Shown here in pieces: positions 1 through 7,950 of a stretch of 64,000 nt of DNA. How positions within the stretch are numbered: the first letter of the stretch is position 1; every line of letters begins with the position of its first letter. Location: the NCBI GenBank assembly GCA_017553035.1, contig JAFZNE010000021.1, forward strand, positions 5,250 through 69,249, given 5' to 3'. Origin of the DNA: Lachnospiraceae bacterium (GTDB lineage: Bacteria; Bacillota; Clostridia; Lachnospirales; Lachnospiraceae). The translations under genes and the position numbers were made by a program. Below the pieces are notes generated by a model. That model was not told the DNA's origin. It was given only the letters and a program-made list of their open reading frames with translations, and did no database searches.

Positions 1-278
1 AACTGAACTCAAAATGCGAATCAAAGATCGAACTGGTCGTGGATTCGGCATCAGCAGCAGTTGCAGTACTTGAAAAGATCGGATTTTCGCAGATAAAAGT
101 TATGGATGAACAGGACAGCGAAGGTCATGACCGGATATTTATTTACGAACAGTTCGACAGGACCGGCGATATTACGTTGGCATTGGCATCCGAAGGGATC
201 ACGACTTATGAGATAGTAAAACAGACAGGCTCTGTGGAAAGCTATTATCTGAAACTTGTCGGAAAGGAGCAGGAGTAA
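1..278 (+). CDS. ABC transporter ATP-binding subunit, C-terminal fragment (5' end outside window)
   Basis: The frame of ORF 39..278 stays open to the window edge. The tail ...GSVESYYLKLVGKEQE resembles the C-terminal end of ABC-2/bacitracin-type ATPases. A permease gene follows directly. Confidence 0.55.
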   Translation, partial: LNSKCESKIELVVDSASAAVAVLEKIGFSQIKVMDEQDSEGHDRIFIYEQFDRTGDITLALASEGITTYEIVKQTGSVESYYLKLVGKEQE

Positions 279-279
279 T

Positions 280-1200
280 ATGATCAGGGTATTAAAAACG
301 GATCTGTTCAGGTTGTTCAGGTCAAAAGCATTTTATGCATTTCCGATAACATTGGTGATATTTTTTACTCTGGAAATGATGTTTTCAGCAGTTATAAATG
401 AGGTTGAGAGCGGGCAGACAGCAGATACGGAGATTTCGCAGATCGAAACGGAAACTGCCCAAACCGGTCCGGATAGCGGCGTTACAGCAGAAATAACCGT
501 TTCGGTGGATACTCAGGCGGGATCTGATACAGCAAAGAATAAAAATTATACCGGGTTCGGGATCAAGGATCTGTTCGGATCGCTTACGGATGGTTTGCTG
601 TTACTGTTCCTGGGGATCACGGCAGTGATATTTGCCACATGCGAAACCAGGAACGGTTTTGTCAAGACAGCGGCCGGGTGTATCAGTGACAGAGGATTTA
701 TGCCCCTTTCAAAAATAGCGGCCGGGATAGTGACTCTGGCTGTATACATTGTGGAATTCGCCGTTATAAGATTTGCATTTACCGCATTAACTGCATTATT
801 ATCCGGAAAACCGCTGAAATTCGTACCCCTTCCCGAAGGAGATGCCGGGAAATATACCATATATATCCTGATATGCATCCTCGTACATATTGCGATGATC
901 GCGTTGATGAGCCTTCTACATGAACTGACCCATAACCGTGCGGCAGGAATAGTTACGATATTCATCGTATCAATGGGGCTGATCGGTCAGATATTGATGG
1001 CACTTATGGATGTTTTCAAGTCAATGACCGGACTTCTGAAAGACTTTGATATTAGCAAGTATCTGATGATCAACAATATTACCGAGGGTTACAACGCACC
1101 CCAGTTCCATGCATCGATCACGTTTGTGATAAGTCTTATTTACCTGATCGGAGGAACCCTTCTTTCGGTATGGCTCGCAAAAAGGAAAGATATCAGATAA
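280..1200 (+). CDS. ABC-2 type transporter permease (multi-pass membrane protein)
   Basis: In ORF 256..1200, the ATG at 280 follows GGAGCAGGAG and lies 1 nt after the upstream stop. The protein has an N-terminal TM helix, a Thr/Glu-rich loop, then several more hydrophobic helices. Confidence 0.6.
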   Translation: MIRVLKTDLFRLFRSKAFYAFPITLVIFFTLEMMFSAVINEVESGQTADTEISQIETETAQTGPDSGVTAEITVSVDTQAGSDTAKNKNYTGFGIKDLFGSLTDGLLLLFLGITAVIFATCETRNGFVKTAAGCISDRGFMPLSKIAAGIVTLAVYIVEFAVIRFAFTALTALLSGKPLKFVPLPEGDAGKYTIYILICILVHIAMIALMSLLHELTHNRAAGIVTIFIVSMGLIGQILMALMDVFKSMTGLLKDFDISKYLMINNITEGYNAPQFHASITFVISLIYLIGGTLLSVWLAKRKDIR

Positions 1201-1328
1201 CGAAAATGGTTTTTTTTCGTCACCGGATATGATATAATGTGCGCGAAGGCAAAGCAAGAAAACGAAAGACAGTTCATTGCAAGCTTGCTTGTAAGAGAAC
1301 TGTTTTCGTTTTCGCCACGAGCCCGAGA

Positions 1329-1358
1329 ACTCGGAATTACGGAGTAATTCCGAGTTTT
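1329..1358 (+). terminator. Intrinsic terminator-like hairpin
   Basis: Perfect 11-bp stem ACTCGGAATTA / TAATTCCGAGT with a 5-nt loop, followed by TTT. Confidence 0.5.
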
Positions 1359-1396
1359 GCCGAGCGCCTGGAATTAATAAATGATCGAGTGAGTCT

Positions 1397-2299
1397 ATGA
1401 TAATTGCGTTGATTTTACTGGGAATCCTGGCGGTAATACTTCTGGGACATATGTTAATTTACAGGCGGCAAGTTGCAGGACTTAGCCGCCAGCTTGCGTT
1501 TATCAATCAGAATAAGACGCAGGCACAGCCACAGGTGGATCTTCATGCGCCCGAACTGAATGAACTGGTACGGCAGATAAGCATTTTGAATGACAGGCTG
1601 AAAAATACAGAACTTACGTTTTTCCGTCAGGATGAAGCACTGCGTGAGACCATAGCAAATCTGTCGCATGATATCAGGACACCGCTGACTTCGCTTGACG
1701 GGTACTTCCAGCTGCTTTCCGCAGAAGGAGTCTCTCAGGAGAAAAAAGAGTATTATGTGGGAATAATCAAGAGCAGGCTAGAAAGCCTTACGGCAATGCT
1801 GGATGAACTGTTTACGTATGCCAAGCTGCAGGATCCGAATTACGATATCGAGACCGCACCGATGGATATGACTGCCGTAACCGCAGAAACACTGCTTTCA
1901 TTTTATGATGATATCAAGAAAAACGGAGAGGACCCGCAGATCAATATCCCCGAGAAGTCTATTGAGATCAGATGCAATAAAGGCGCATATATCCGTATCA
2001 TTCAGAATATCATCAAAAATGCACTGGTGCACGGAAAGAACCTCACTGTAAAGCTGTGTGAGGACAACGGGGAAGCGGTATTTGCCTGCGGTGATGAGCT
2101 GTTGAACGCCGATGAGCATATCGATATCACAAGGGTTTTCGAACGCTTCTACAAAGCCGATAAGGCGCGCAGCGGCAAAGGCAGCGGCCTGGGGCTTGCG
2201 ATCTCGAAAGAACTTACCGAGAAGATGGGCGGAAGGATCGAAGCAGCTTGTGAGGCCGGTGTATTTACGATAACTTTGGCATTCCCTTTATGTAATTGA
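1397..2299 (+). CDS. Sensor histidine kinase (HisKA + HATPase_c) with a single N-terminal TM helix
   Basis: H-box LSHDIRTPLTSL, N-box IIQNIIKNALVHG and G-box GKGSGLGLAISKEL are present. There is one hydrophobic helix at the N-terminus and no extracytoplasmic domain. Confidence 0.85.
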   Translation: MIIALILLGILAVILLGHMLIYRRQVAGLSRQLAFINQNKTQAQPQVDLHAPELNELVRQISILNDRLKNTELTFFRQDEALRETIANLSHDIRTPLTSLDGYFQLLSAEGVSQEKKEYYVGIIKSRLESLTAMLDELFTYAKLQDPNYDIETAPMDMTAVTAETLLSFYDDIKKNGEDPQINIPEKSIEIRCNKGAYIRIIQNIIKNALVHGKNLTVKLCEDNGEAVFACGDELLNADEHIDITRVFERFYKADKARSGKGSGLGLAISKELTEKMGGRIEAACEAGVFTITLAFPLCN

Positions 2300-2329
2300 G
2301 GAACGGATCATCATTCCAAGGAGGTAAAA

Positions 2330-2629
2330 ATGTCTGCTAAAAACGAACTGAAAGAACGTACGGACAATAAACTGAAGGAACCCAGGCAATATTGCGTGGT
2401 CATGCTGAATGATGATTTTACATCGATGGATTTCGTGGTGAAAGTACTGGTAGATATATTTCACAAGGATCCGGCAACGGCGGAACAGCTGATGATGACC
2501 GTACATAAGAATGGCCGTGCTGTAGTGGGCATATATCCTTATGATGTTGCCGCGACCAAAGTCAATGCAGCCCTTGACAGGGCCAAGGCCGAAGGATTTC
2601 CTTTCAGAATGACGATAGAAGAAGCTTGA
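2330..2629 (+). CDS. clpS: ATP-dependent Clp protease adaptor ClpS
   Basis: 99 aa with the ClpS core VVMLNDDFTSMDFVVKVL...MMTVHKNGRAVVG. SD AAGGAGG lies upstream, and the gene directly precedes clpA. Confidence 0.9.
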   Translation: MSAKNELKERTDNKLKEPRQYCVVMLNDDFTSMDFVVKVLVDIFHKDPATAEQLMMTVHKNGRAVVGIYPYDVAATKVNAALDRAKAEGFPFRMTIEEA

Positions 2630-2672
2630 CGAGAGCCTGACAGTATAAAAACTCTCAACATGAGGTTATTTT

Positions 2673-5099
2673 ATGAATATTTCCGATGAAGTAAACGCAT
2701 TGGTTCAAAATGCATTTTTATACGCAGCAAAGAATAAATATGAGTATGTGACGCCCGAGACACTGCTCCTTATGCTGTGCGACGATGATGATTTTATTTA
2801 TGCAGTCGAGGAATGCGGTGGGGATATTTCCGATCTGGCGATGAAACTGACTGAATATTTAAAAAAGTATATCGGCCAGACTGATGCCAATCCGGAGACA
2901 TCCGCAGAATTCATGACACTTTTTGATCTGGCGCTTCGAAGTGCTCTTGCCAGCGGCAATGAAGAAATAATGCTGCGCCATGTTTTGCACGCAATGTGGA
3001 AACTGAAGCAGAGCTATGCGGTTTATTACATGAGAAGCGCAGGCCTTGACGAGCGGGAGCTGCTCCGTGAGCTGACGGCTATGGAAGACGAAGAAGATGA
3101 TGAAGATGAAGAAGACGAAGATGATATAGAGGATGAAGATGAGGATATAGATGGCGAGGATGACGGCAACCGGGGCAGTGAAGGATATGCTGCGGATCCG
3201 GATGCGGGCGTACGTTATGCCGGAGAAATGAACGGAGCCGGCAGCTTGGGAAGATCGAAGGCAGGGGCCGGAAAATCCTGGCAGATGTATGCTCCCTGTC
3301 TGAATGATACGCTGGTTGACGTCAATCCGCTGATCGGAAGGGATGCAGAGATCGAACGGACAATACAGATCCTGTGCCGCAAGGATAAGAACAATCCACT
3401 CCATATCGGTGAACCGGGGGTCGGAAAGACAGCGATAACATACGGACTGGTACAAAGGATCAACGACGGGAATGTGCCGGAACTCCTTAAAGGCAGCAGG
3501 ATCTATGCTCTCGATCTTGCGGGCATGCTTGCTGGAACACAGTACAGGGGCGATTTTGAAAAGAGATTCAAGAAAGTTCTCGGTGAGATCGAAAAAGAAG
3601 AACGCCCCATAATATATCTGGATGAGATCCACAATATCACGGGGGCCGGTGCTGTAGGTGAAGGCTCTTTTGATGCGGCGAATATGCTCAAAAGCTATCT
3701 CTCCGAAGGACATATCAGATTTATCGGTGCCACGACATTTGAGGAATATAAGAAATATTTTGAAAGAAACAAGAGCCTCGTAAGACGTTTCCAGAACGTT
3801 GAGATCAAGGAACCGACGCGCGAGGAGACCATTGAGATCCTGAACGGCCTGAAAGAAAAGTATGAGAGCTTTCACGGCGTAAGATACGCGGACGGAGTCC
3901 TGGAATATGCCGTGGATATGAGCGCGAAGCATATTAATGAGAGATTCCTCCCCGACAAGGCCATCGATCTGATAGATGAGGCCGGTGCTTACAGAAAGCT
4001 GCACCCGGATGCAGATCCCGGTATGGCAGGAAAAACGGTTGATTCATGTGAGACTGAACAGGAAACATTGTGCGAAAATGCCTGTACGGAAGAGAATACT
4101 CAAAACATCCCGATCGTCGATAAAGATGTGATCAATACGGTACTTACCAGCATCTGCCGCGTTCCCGTTGAAAGCGTTGATGCTGACGACATTTCGGGCC
4201 TTGCGACTCTCGAGGACAGGATAAAAAGTAAGGTGTTCGGACAGGATGAGGCCGTATCCCAGGTCGTTAATGCGATCAAATTCTCGAAAGCCGGACTGCT
4301 TGAGGATAATAAGCCGCTTGCCAGCCTGCTGTTTGTTGGTCCTACCGGCGTAGGCAAGACCGAGATCGCGAGGACTCTCGCGCAGGAACTTGGGGTGAAG
4401 CTGGTTCGTTTCGACATGAGCGAATACGGCGAGAAACATGCGGTTGCCAAGCTGATCGGTGCGCCTGCGGGATATGTCGGTTATGAGGAAGGCGGACTGC
4501 TGACCGAGCAGGTCAGGAAGAATCCTTCTTCCGTCGTTCTGCTTGATGAGATCGAAAAAGCCCATCCCGATATTTACAACGTATTGCTGCAGGTGATGGA
4601 TTATGCGACGTTGACTGACAATCAGGGACGCAAGGCGGATTTCAGAAATGTTGTCCTGATCATGACTTCCAATGCCGGCGCGAGCAGGCTCGGCAAGAGT
4701 TCGATCGGATTTGCCGGAGGAAGCATAAATGACAGTGTCCTGTCGGAAGCCGTTAAGGATACATTTACACCGGAATTCCGCAACAGATTGAACAGGATAG
4801 TCACGTTCAATCCCATGGACGATGATATGGCAGCGCGTATTGTAAACAAAAAGCTCGGCGAACTTGGAGAAATGCTGAAAAAGAAGAATGTGGAATTCTT
4901 GGCCGATGACGCGGCAAAAGACCTGATCCGCAAGAAAGGTGTTTCTACCGAATTCGGTGCGCGCGAACTTGACAGAGTCATCAGAAATGAGATCAAACCG
5001 CTGCTTGTGGATGATCTGCTCTTCGGTAGTCTGCGCGAGGGAGGGAAGCTGATCCTGAGCGTGGATGACGGCAAATTTGCGGTAAAGACGGGATCATGA
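2673..5099 (+). CDS. clpA: ATP-dependent Clp protease ATP-binding subunit ClpA
   Basis: Contains a Clp N-domain and two AAA+ modules (Walker [10 protein letters not shown] and GPTGVGKTE). It has no long ClpB-type coiled-coil middle domain. It sits directly downstream of clpS. Confidence 0.9.
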   Translation: MNISDEVNALVQNAFLYAAKNKYEYVTPETLLLMLCDDDDFIYAVEECGGDISDLAMKLTEYLKKYIGQTDANPETSAEFMTLFDLALRSALASGNEEIMLRHVLHAMWKLKQSYAVYYMRSAGLDERELLRELTAMEDEEDDEDEEDEDDIEDEDEDIDGEDDGNRGSEGYAADPDAGVRYAGEMNGAGSLGRSKAGAGKSWQMYAPCLNDTLVDVNPLIGRDAEIERTIQILCRKDKNNPLHIGEPGVGKTAITYGLVQRINDGNVPELLKGSRIYALDLAGMLAGTQYRGDFEKRFKKVLGEIEKEERPIIYLDEIHNITGAGAVGEGSFDAANMLKSYLSEGHIRFIGATTFEEYKKYFERNKSLVRRFQNVEIKEPTREETIEILNGLKEKYESFHGVRYADGVLEYAVDMSAKHINERFLPDKAIDLIDEAGAYRKLHPDADPGMAGKTVDSCETEQETLCENACTEENTQNIPIVDKDVINTVLTSICRVPVESVDADDISGLATLEDRIKSKVFGQDEAVSQVVNAIKFSKAGLLEDNKPLASLLFVGPTGVGKTEIARTLAQELGVKLVRFDMSEYGEKHAVAKLIGAPAGYVGYEEGGLLTEQVRKNPSSVVLLDEIEKAHPDIYNVLLQVMDYATLTDNQGRKADFRNVVLIMTSNAGASRLGKSSIGFAGGSINDSVLSEAVKDTFTPEFRNRLNRIVTFNPMDDDMAARIVNKKLGELGEMLKKKNVEFLADDAAKDLIRKKGVSTEFGARELDRVIRNEIKPLLVDDLLFGSLREGGKLILSVDDGKFAVKTGS

Positions 5100-5168
5100 C
5101 AGGAAGATACATAAGATGTGCATCCCCGGAAGGACCGGGACAGATCATAGTTTCTGGGAGTATTATCT

Positions 5169-5825
5169 ATGGCGGTTTATGGATTGGAGAAAGGGAAGAT
5201 ATATTTTCCGAAGCCGGAGCTTGCGGAACCCGACGGATTGCTGGCGGTCGGCGGGGACTTGAGCGTAGACCGGCTCCTGCTTGCGTACAGCAACGGGATA
5301 TTTCCGTGGTACAATGCGGATCAGCCGATCCTCTGGTGGTGTCCGCATGAAAGGTATATAATAAGACCCGAGAAAATTCATGTTTCGCATTCCATGCGGA
5401 AATTTATGAGAAAGCACGATATAACGTACACCCTCGACCGGGATTTTGCCGATACCATGCACAGATGCCGCCTGAAACGCGAATTTACCGGAGGCACATG
5501 GATCACCGACGATATGGAAAAGGCTTATTCAGAGCTGCACAAGGCCGGATTTGCCACGAGTGTTGAGGGATATATCGACGGTGAACTTGCCGGAGGATTG
5601 TACGGAGTGAATATCGGAAGGTGTTTCTTCGGGGAAAGCATGTTTTCTGATCTGGAAAATGGTTCGAAGATAGCGTTGATCGTCCTTGCCGGAGTGCTTC
5701 AGAAACTGGATTATCTGATGATAGACTGCCAGTTTGAAACTGAACATCTCAAAAGCATGGGCGGGGAAATGATAAGCTACGCCGAATATAAAATGATCCT
5801 TGATGAAGGCATAGAAAGATCATAG
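5169..5825 (+). CDS. aat: Leucyl/phenylalanyl-tRNA--protein transferase
   Basis: Contains PDGLLAVGGDLSVDRLLLAYSNGIFPWY and ...FFGESMFS, which are typical Aat motifs. 218 aa. Confidence 0.9.
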   Translation: MAVYGLEKGKIYFPKPELAEPDGLLAVGGDLSVDRLLLAYSNGIFPWYNADQPILWWCPHERYIIRPEKIHVSHSMRKFMRKHDITYTLDRDFADTMHRCRLKREFTGGTWITDDMEKAYSELHKAGFATSVEGYIDGELAGGLYGVNIGRCFFGESMFSDLENGSKIALIVLAGVLQKLDYLMIDCQFETEHLKSMGGEMISYAEYKMILDEGIERS

Positions 5826-5885
5826 TTTACCGGCAGATTCCGGTTTTCAGCGGATCGCACCGGCAGAAAGGAAATATTTGAGTAT

Positions 5886-6938
5886 ATGAGATATCCTGAT
5901 TTTTTGATGAAAAACGAACGGATAGGTTTTATCGCACCGTCATTCGGGTGCGCAACACTTCCGTATACCCTGTTGTTCGAAAAAGCGAAGCAGAGATTTA
6001 CCGAATGGGGTTACCGGCTCGTCGAAGGTTCAAACTGCACTGCAAACTGCGGTATAGGCAAATCCAACGATCCGAAGGCCTGCGCTGATGAGATTAATGA
6101 TTTTTTCATCAACGACCGTTCGGACATCATCATTTCCTGCGGCGGCGGAGAGACCATGTGCGAAGATCTGCCGTACATTGATTTTGAAGGAATAGCAAAA
6201 GCACGTCCGAAATGGTATCTCGGCTATTCGGACAATACCAACCTGACCTATACGCTGCCGGTACTGTGCGATACTGCGGCAGTATACGGACCATGCGTAT
6301 CGGAATTCGGAATGGAGACACTTCACAAGTCCGTTGAGGACGCATTCCGTATTATGACGGGCGAGAAAAACAGTGTTTCAAATTATGATAAATGGGAGAT
6401 CGAAGAGCTTGAATCCGAAGAAAACCCTTATGCGCCTTATAATGTTACCGAAGACTTCAATATGAGGATATTTAAAGGCGGAAAGGAACTGGCAGACGAA
6501 AATATAAGCATCTGCGGCAGACTGATCGGCGGGTGTTTGGACTGTCTGGTCAACCTCATCGGAACACCGTTTGACAAAACGGTACAATTCTGCGAAAAAT
6601 ATAAAAGAGACGGGATCATATGGTTCCTTGAAGCATGTGACCTGAACACCATGGACTGCAGGCGTGCGCTGTGGCAGATGAATCAGGCGGGCTGGTTTAA
6701 GTATGTGAAAGGATTTATCATCGGCCGGCCGCTCCAATACAATGACAGTTTTATAGATTATACCATTCAGGATTCATTTAAGGACATGCTCGCACCATTT
6801 GATGTGCCTGTCCTGATCGATACCGACCTCGGGCATCTGCCTCCGATGATGCCGATCGTGAGCGGCGCGCGGGCGAAGGTCGAGGCCGTTTCGGGCAGAG
6901 AAAAACATTTGAAGATAGACTATATTTATCGTGATTAA
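5886..6938 (+). CDS. LD-carboxypeptidase / MccF-like serine peptidase (S66 family)
   Basis: Has the N-terminal IGFIAPS motif, the nucleophile elbow LGYSDNTN and the C-terminal DLGHLPP. Confidence 0.8.
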   Translation: MRYPDFLMKNERIGFIAPSFGCATLPYTLLFEKAKQRFTEWGYRLVEGSNCTANCGIGKSNDPKACADEINDFFINDRSDIIISCGGGETMCEDLPYIDFEGIAKARPKWYLGYSDNTNLTYTLPVLCDTAAVYGPCVSEFGMETLHKSVEDAFRIMTGEKNSVSNYDKWEIEELESEENPYAPYNVTEDFNMRIFKGGKELADENISICGRLIGGCLDCLVNLIGTPFDKTVQFCEKYKRDGIIWFLEACDLNTMDCRRALWQMNQAGWFKYVKGFIIGRPLQYNDSFIDYTIQDSFKDMLAPFDVPVLIDTDLGHLPPMMPIVSGARAKVEAVSGREKHLKIDYIYRD

Positions 6939-6950
6939 GGAGAAATAGAA

Positions 6951-7775
6951 ATGTCAGCATTTAAGAAGATCGTTGTTTCTTTTTTTATCATCATGCTTGC
7001 AGTGGCAGCCGGGACCACGGTACGGGCAAAAGCCGCAAGCGACAAGGTTAAGCTGAGTGACCGTAAGGTCTCGATCGAGACCGGAACGACATATAAACTG
7101 ACCGTACTCAATACCAAAGACGAGATCAAATGGGAAAGCAGCGACAAGAAGATCGCCAAGGTTTCTTCAAAAGGACGCATTACCGCCAAAAAGGCCGGTT
7201 CATGCAAGATATATGCCTATGTCGGGACCCAAAAGCTGACATGCAGGGTGACCGTTTACAACAACTACTCAGTCCAGAACGACAAGTATCATGTTTCAGG
7301 ATTTTCAACACTGATGGGAAAACTTCCCCTGAAGAAATTCAAATACGATGATTCTGCCGAGAATTTCAAGCAGCTGTCGACGCTGGGCAAGAACTGCGTG
7401 GTATATTTCGGACTGGATGCGAAGGGTGTGGATGTAATCCTCGACAGCGATAATTATGTTTATTTTATCAAAAATATCATCAAGAATTCACAGAACAATC
7501 CCGGAAACAAATTCCTTGCGGCTCTTGCGGAAACAGCGGGGGCAGCATCCGATGAAAATGCATTGTTTGAGGACGAAAACGGTAACGAGTATTATGCCGT
7601 AATGTTCAGAGAGAGTGATTTCGATAATTACGGAGCTTCGGCAAATGACGCGGATAAGGCGGATGAAGGGTTTTACTTCATTTACTATCCGAACAAAAAA
7701 GGAACGGATTATGATTGTATCATGATCGGATGCGACGAAGGTTCGTTTGAACTTATCAGCTGGTACAAAGATTAA
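6951..7775 (+). CDS. Secreted protein with an N-terminal bacterial Ig-like (Big_2-like) domain
   Basis: Signal peptide MSAFKKIVVSFFIIMLAVAAGTTVRAKA, then the Big_2-like pattern KVSIETGTTYKLTV...IKWESSDKKIAKVSSKGRITAKKAGSCKIYA. The C-terminal half is not recognised. Confidence 0.6.
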   Translation: MSAFKKIVVSFFIIMLAVAAGTTVRAKAASDKVKLSDRKVSIETGTTYKLTVLNTKDEIKWESSDKKIAKVSSKGRITAKKAGSCKIYAYVGTQKLTCRVTVYNNYSVQNDKYHVSGFSTLMGKLPLKKFKYDDSAENFKQLSTLGKNCVVYFGLDAKGVDVILDSDNYVYFIKNIIKNSQNNPGNKFLAALAETAGAASDENALFEDENGNEYYAVMFRESDFDNYGASANDADKADEGFYFIYYPNKKGTDYDCIMIGCDEGSFELISWYKD

Positions 7776-7813
7776 GCAAACATTTCTAAAATATTTATAA
7801 TTTTCTGACAATA

Positions 7814-7840
7814 TTAGCACTCGACTATTGACAGTGCTAA
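7814..7840 (+). promoter_or_regulatory. CIRCE operator (HrcA binding site) upstream of clpB
   Basis: TTAGCACTC-GACTATTGA-CAGTGCTAA matches the consensus TTAGCACTC-N9-GAGTGCTAA at 17 of 18 arm positions. Confidence 0.75.
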
Positions 7841-7856
7841 CAAACCATGATATAAT
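7828..7856 (+). promoter_or_regulatory. Sigma-A type promoter of clpB
   Basis: TTGACA (7828..7833), an exact 17-nt spacer, then TATAAT (7851..7856). The -35 box overlaps the right arm of CIRCE. Confidence 0.65.
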
Positions 7857-7950
7857 ATTTCATGTAATGATATCCGGGATATCATTCGATCATGGAAAGA
7901 GGAGGTCAGACAGTTTGGAGGATTAAACGTGCTTCCTTACGAGTAAGATT

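Noticed and set aside
1237-1347. 36-codon ORF (MCAKAKQENERQF...) spanning both hairpins of the permease-kinase spacer.
   Set aside because: It has no SD. Its ATG overlaps the -10-like TATAAT. The reading frame is fully explained by the two inverted repeats.
5096-5350. 84-aa ORF overlapping the clpA stop and the start of aat.
   Set aside because: It is out of frame with the well-supported aat gene, Gly/Arg-rich and without motifs.
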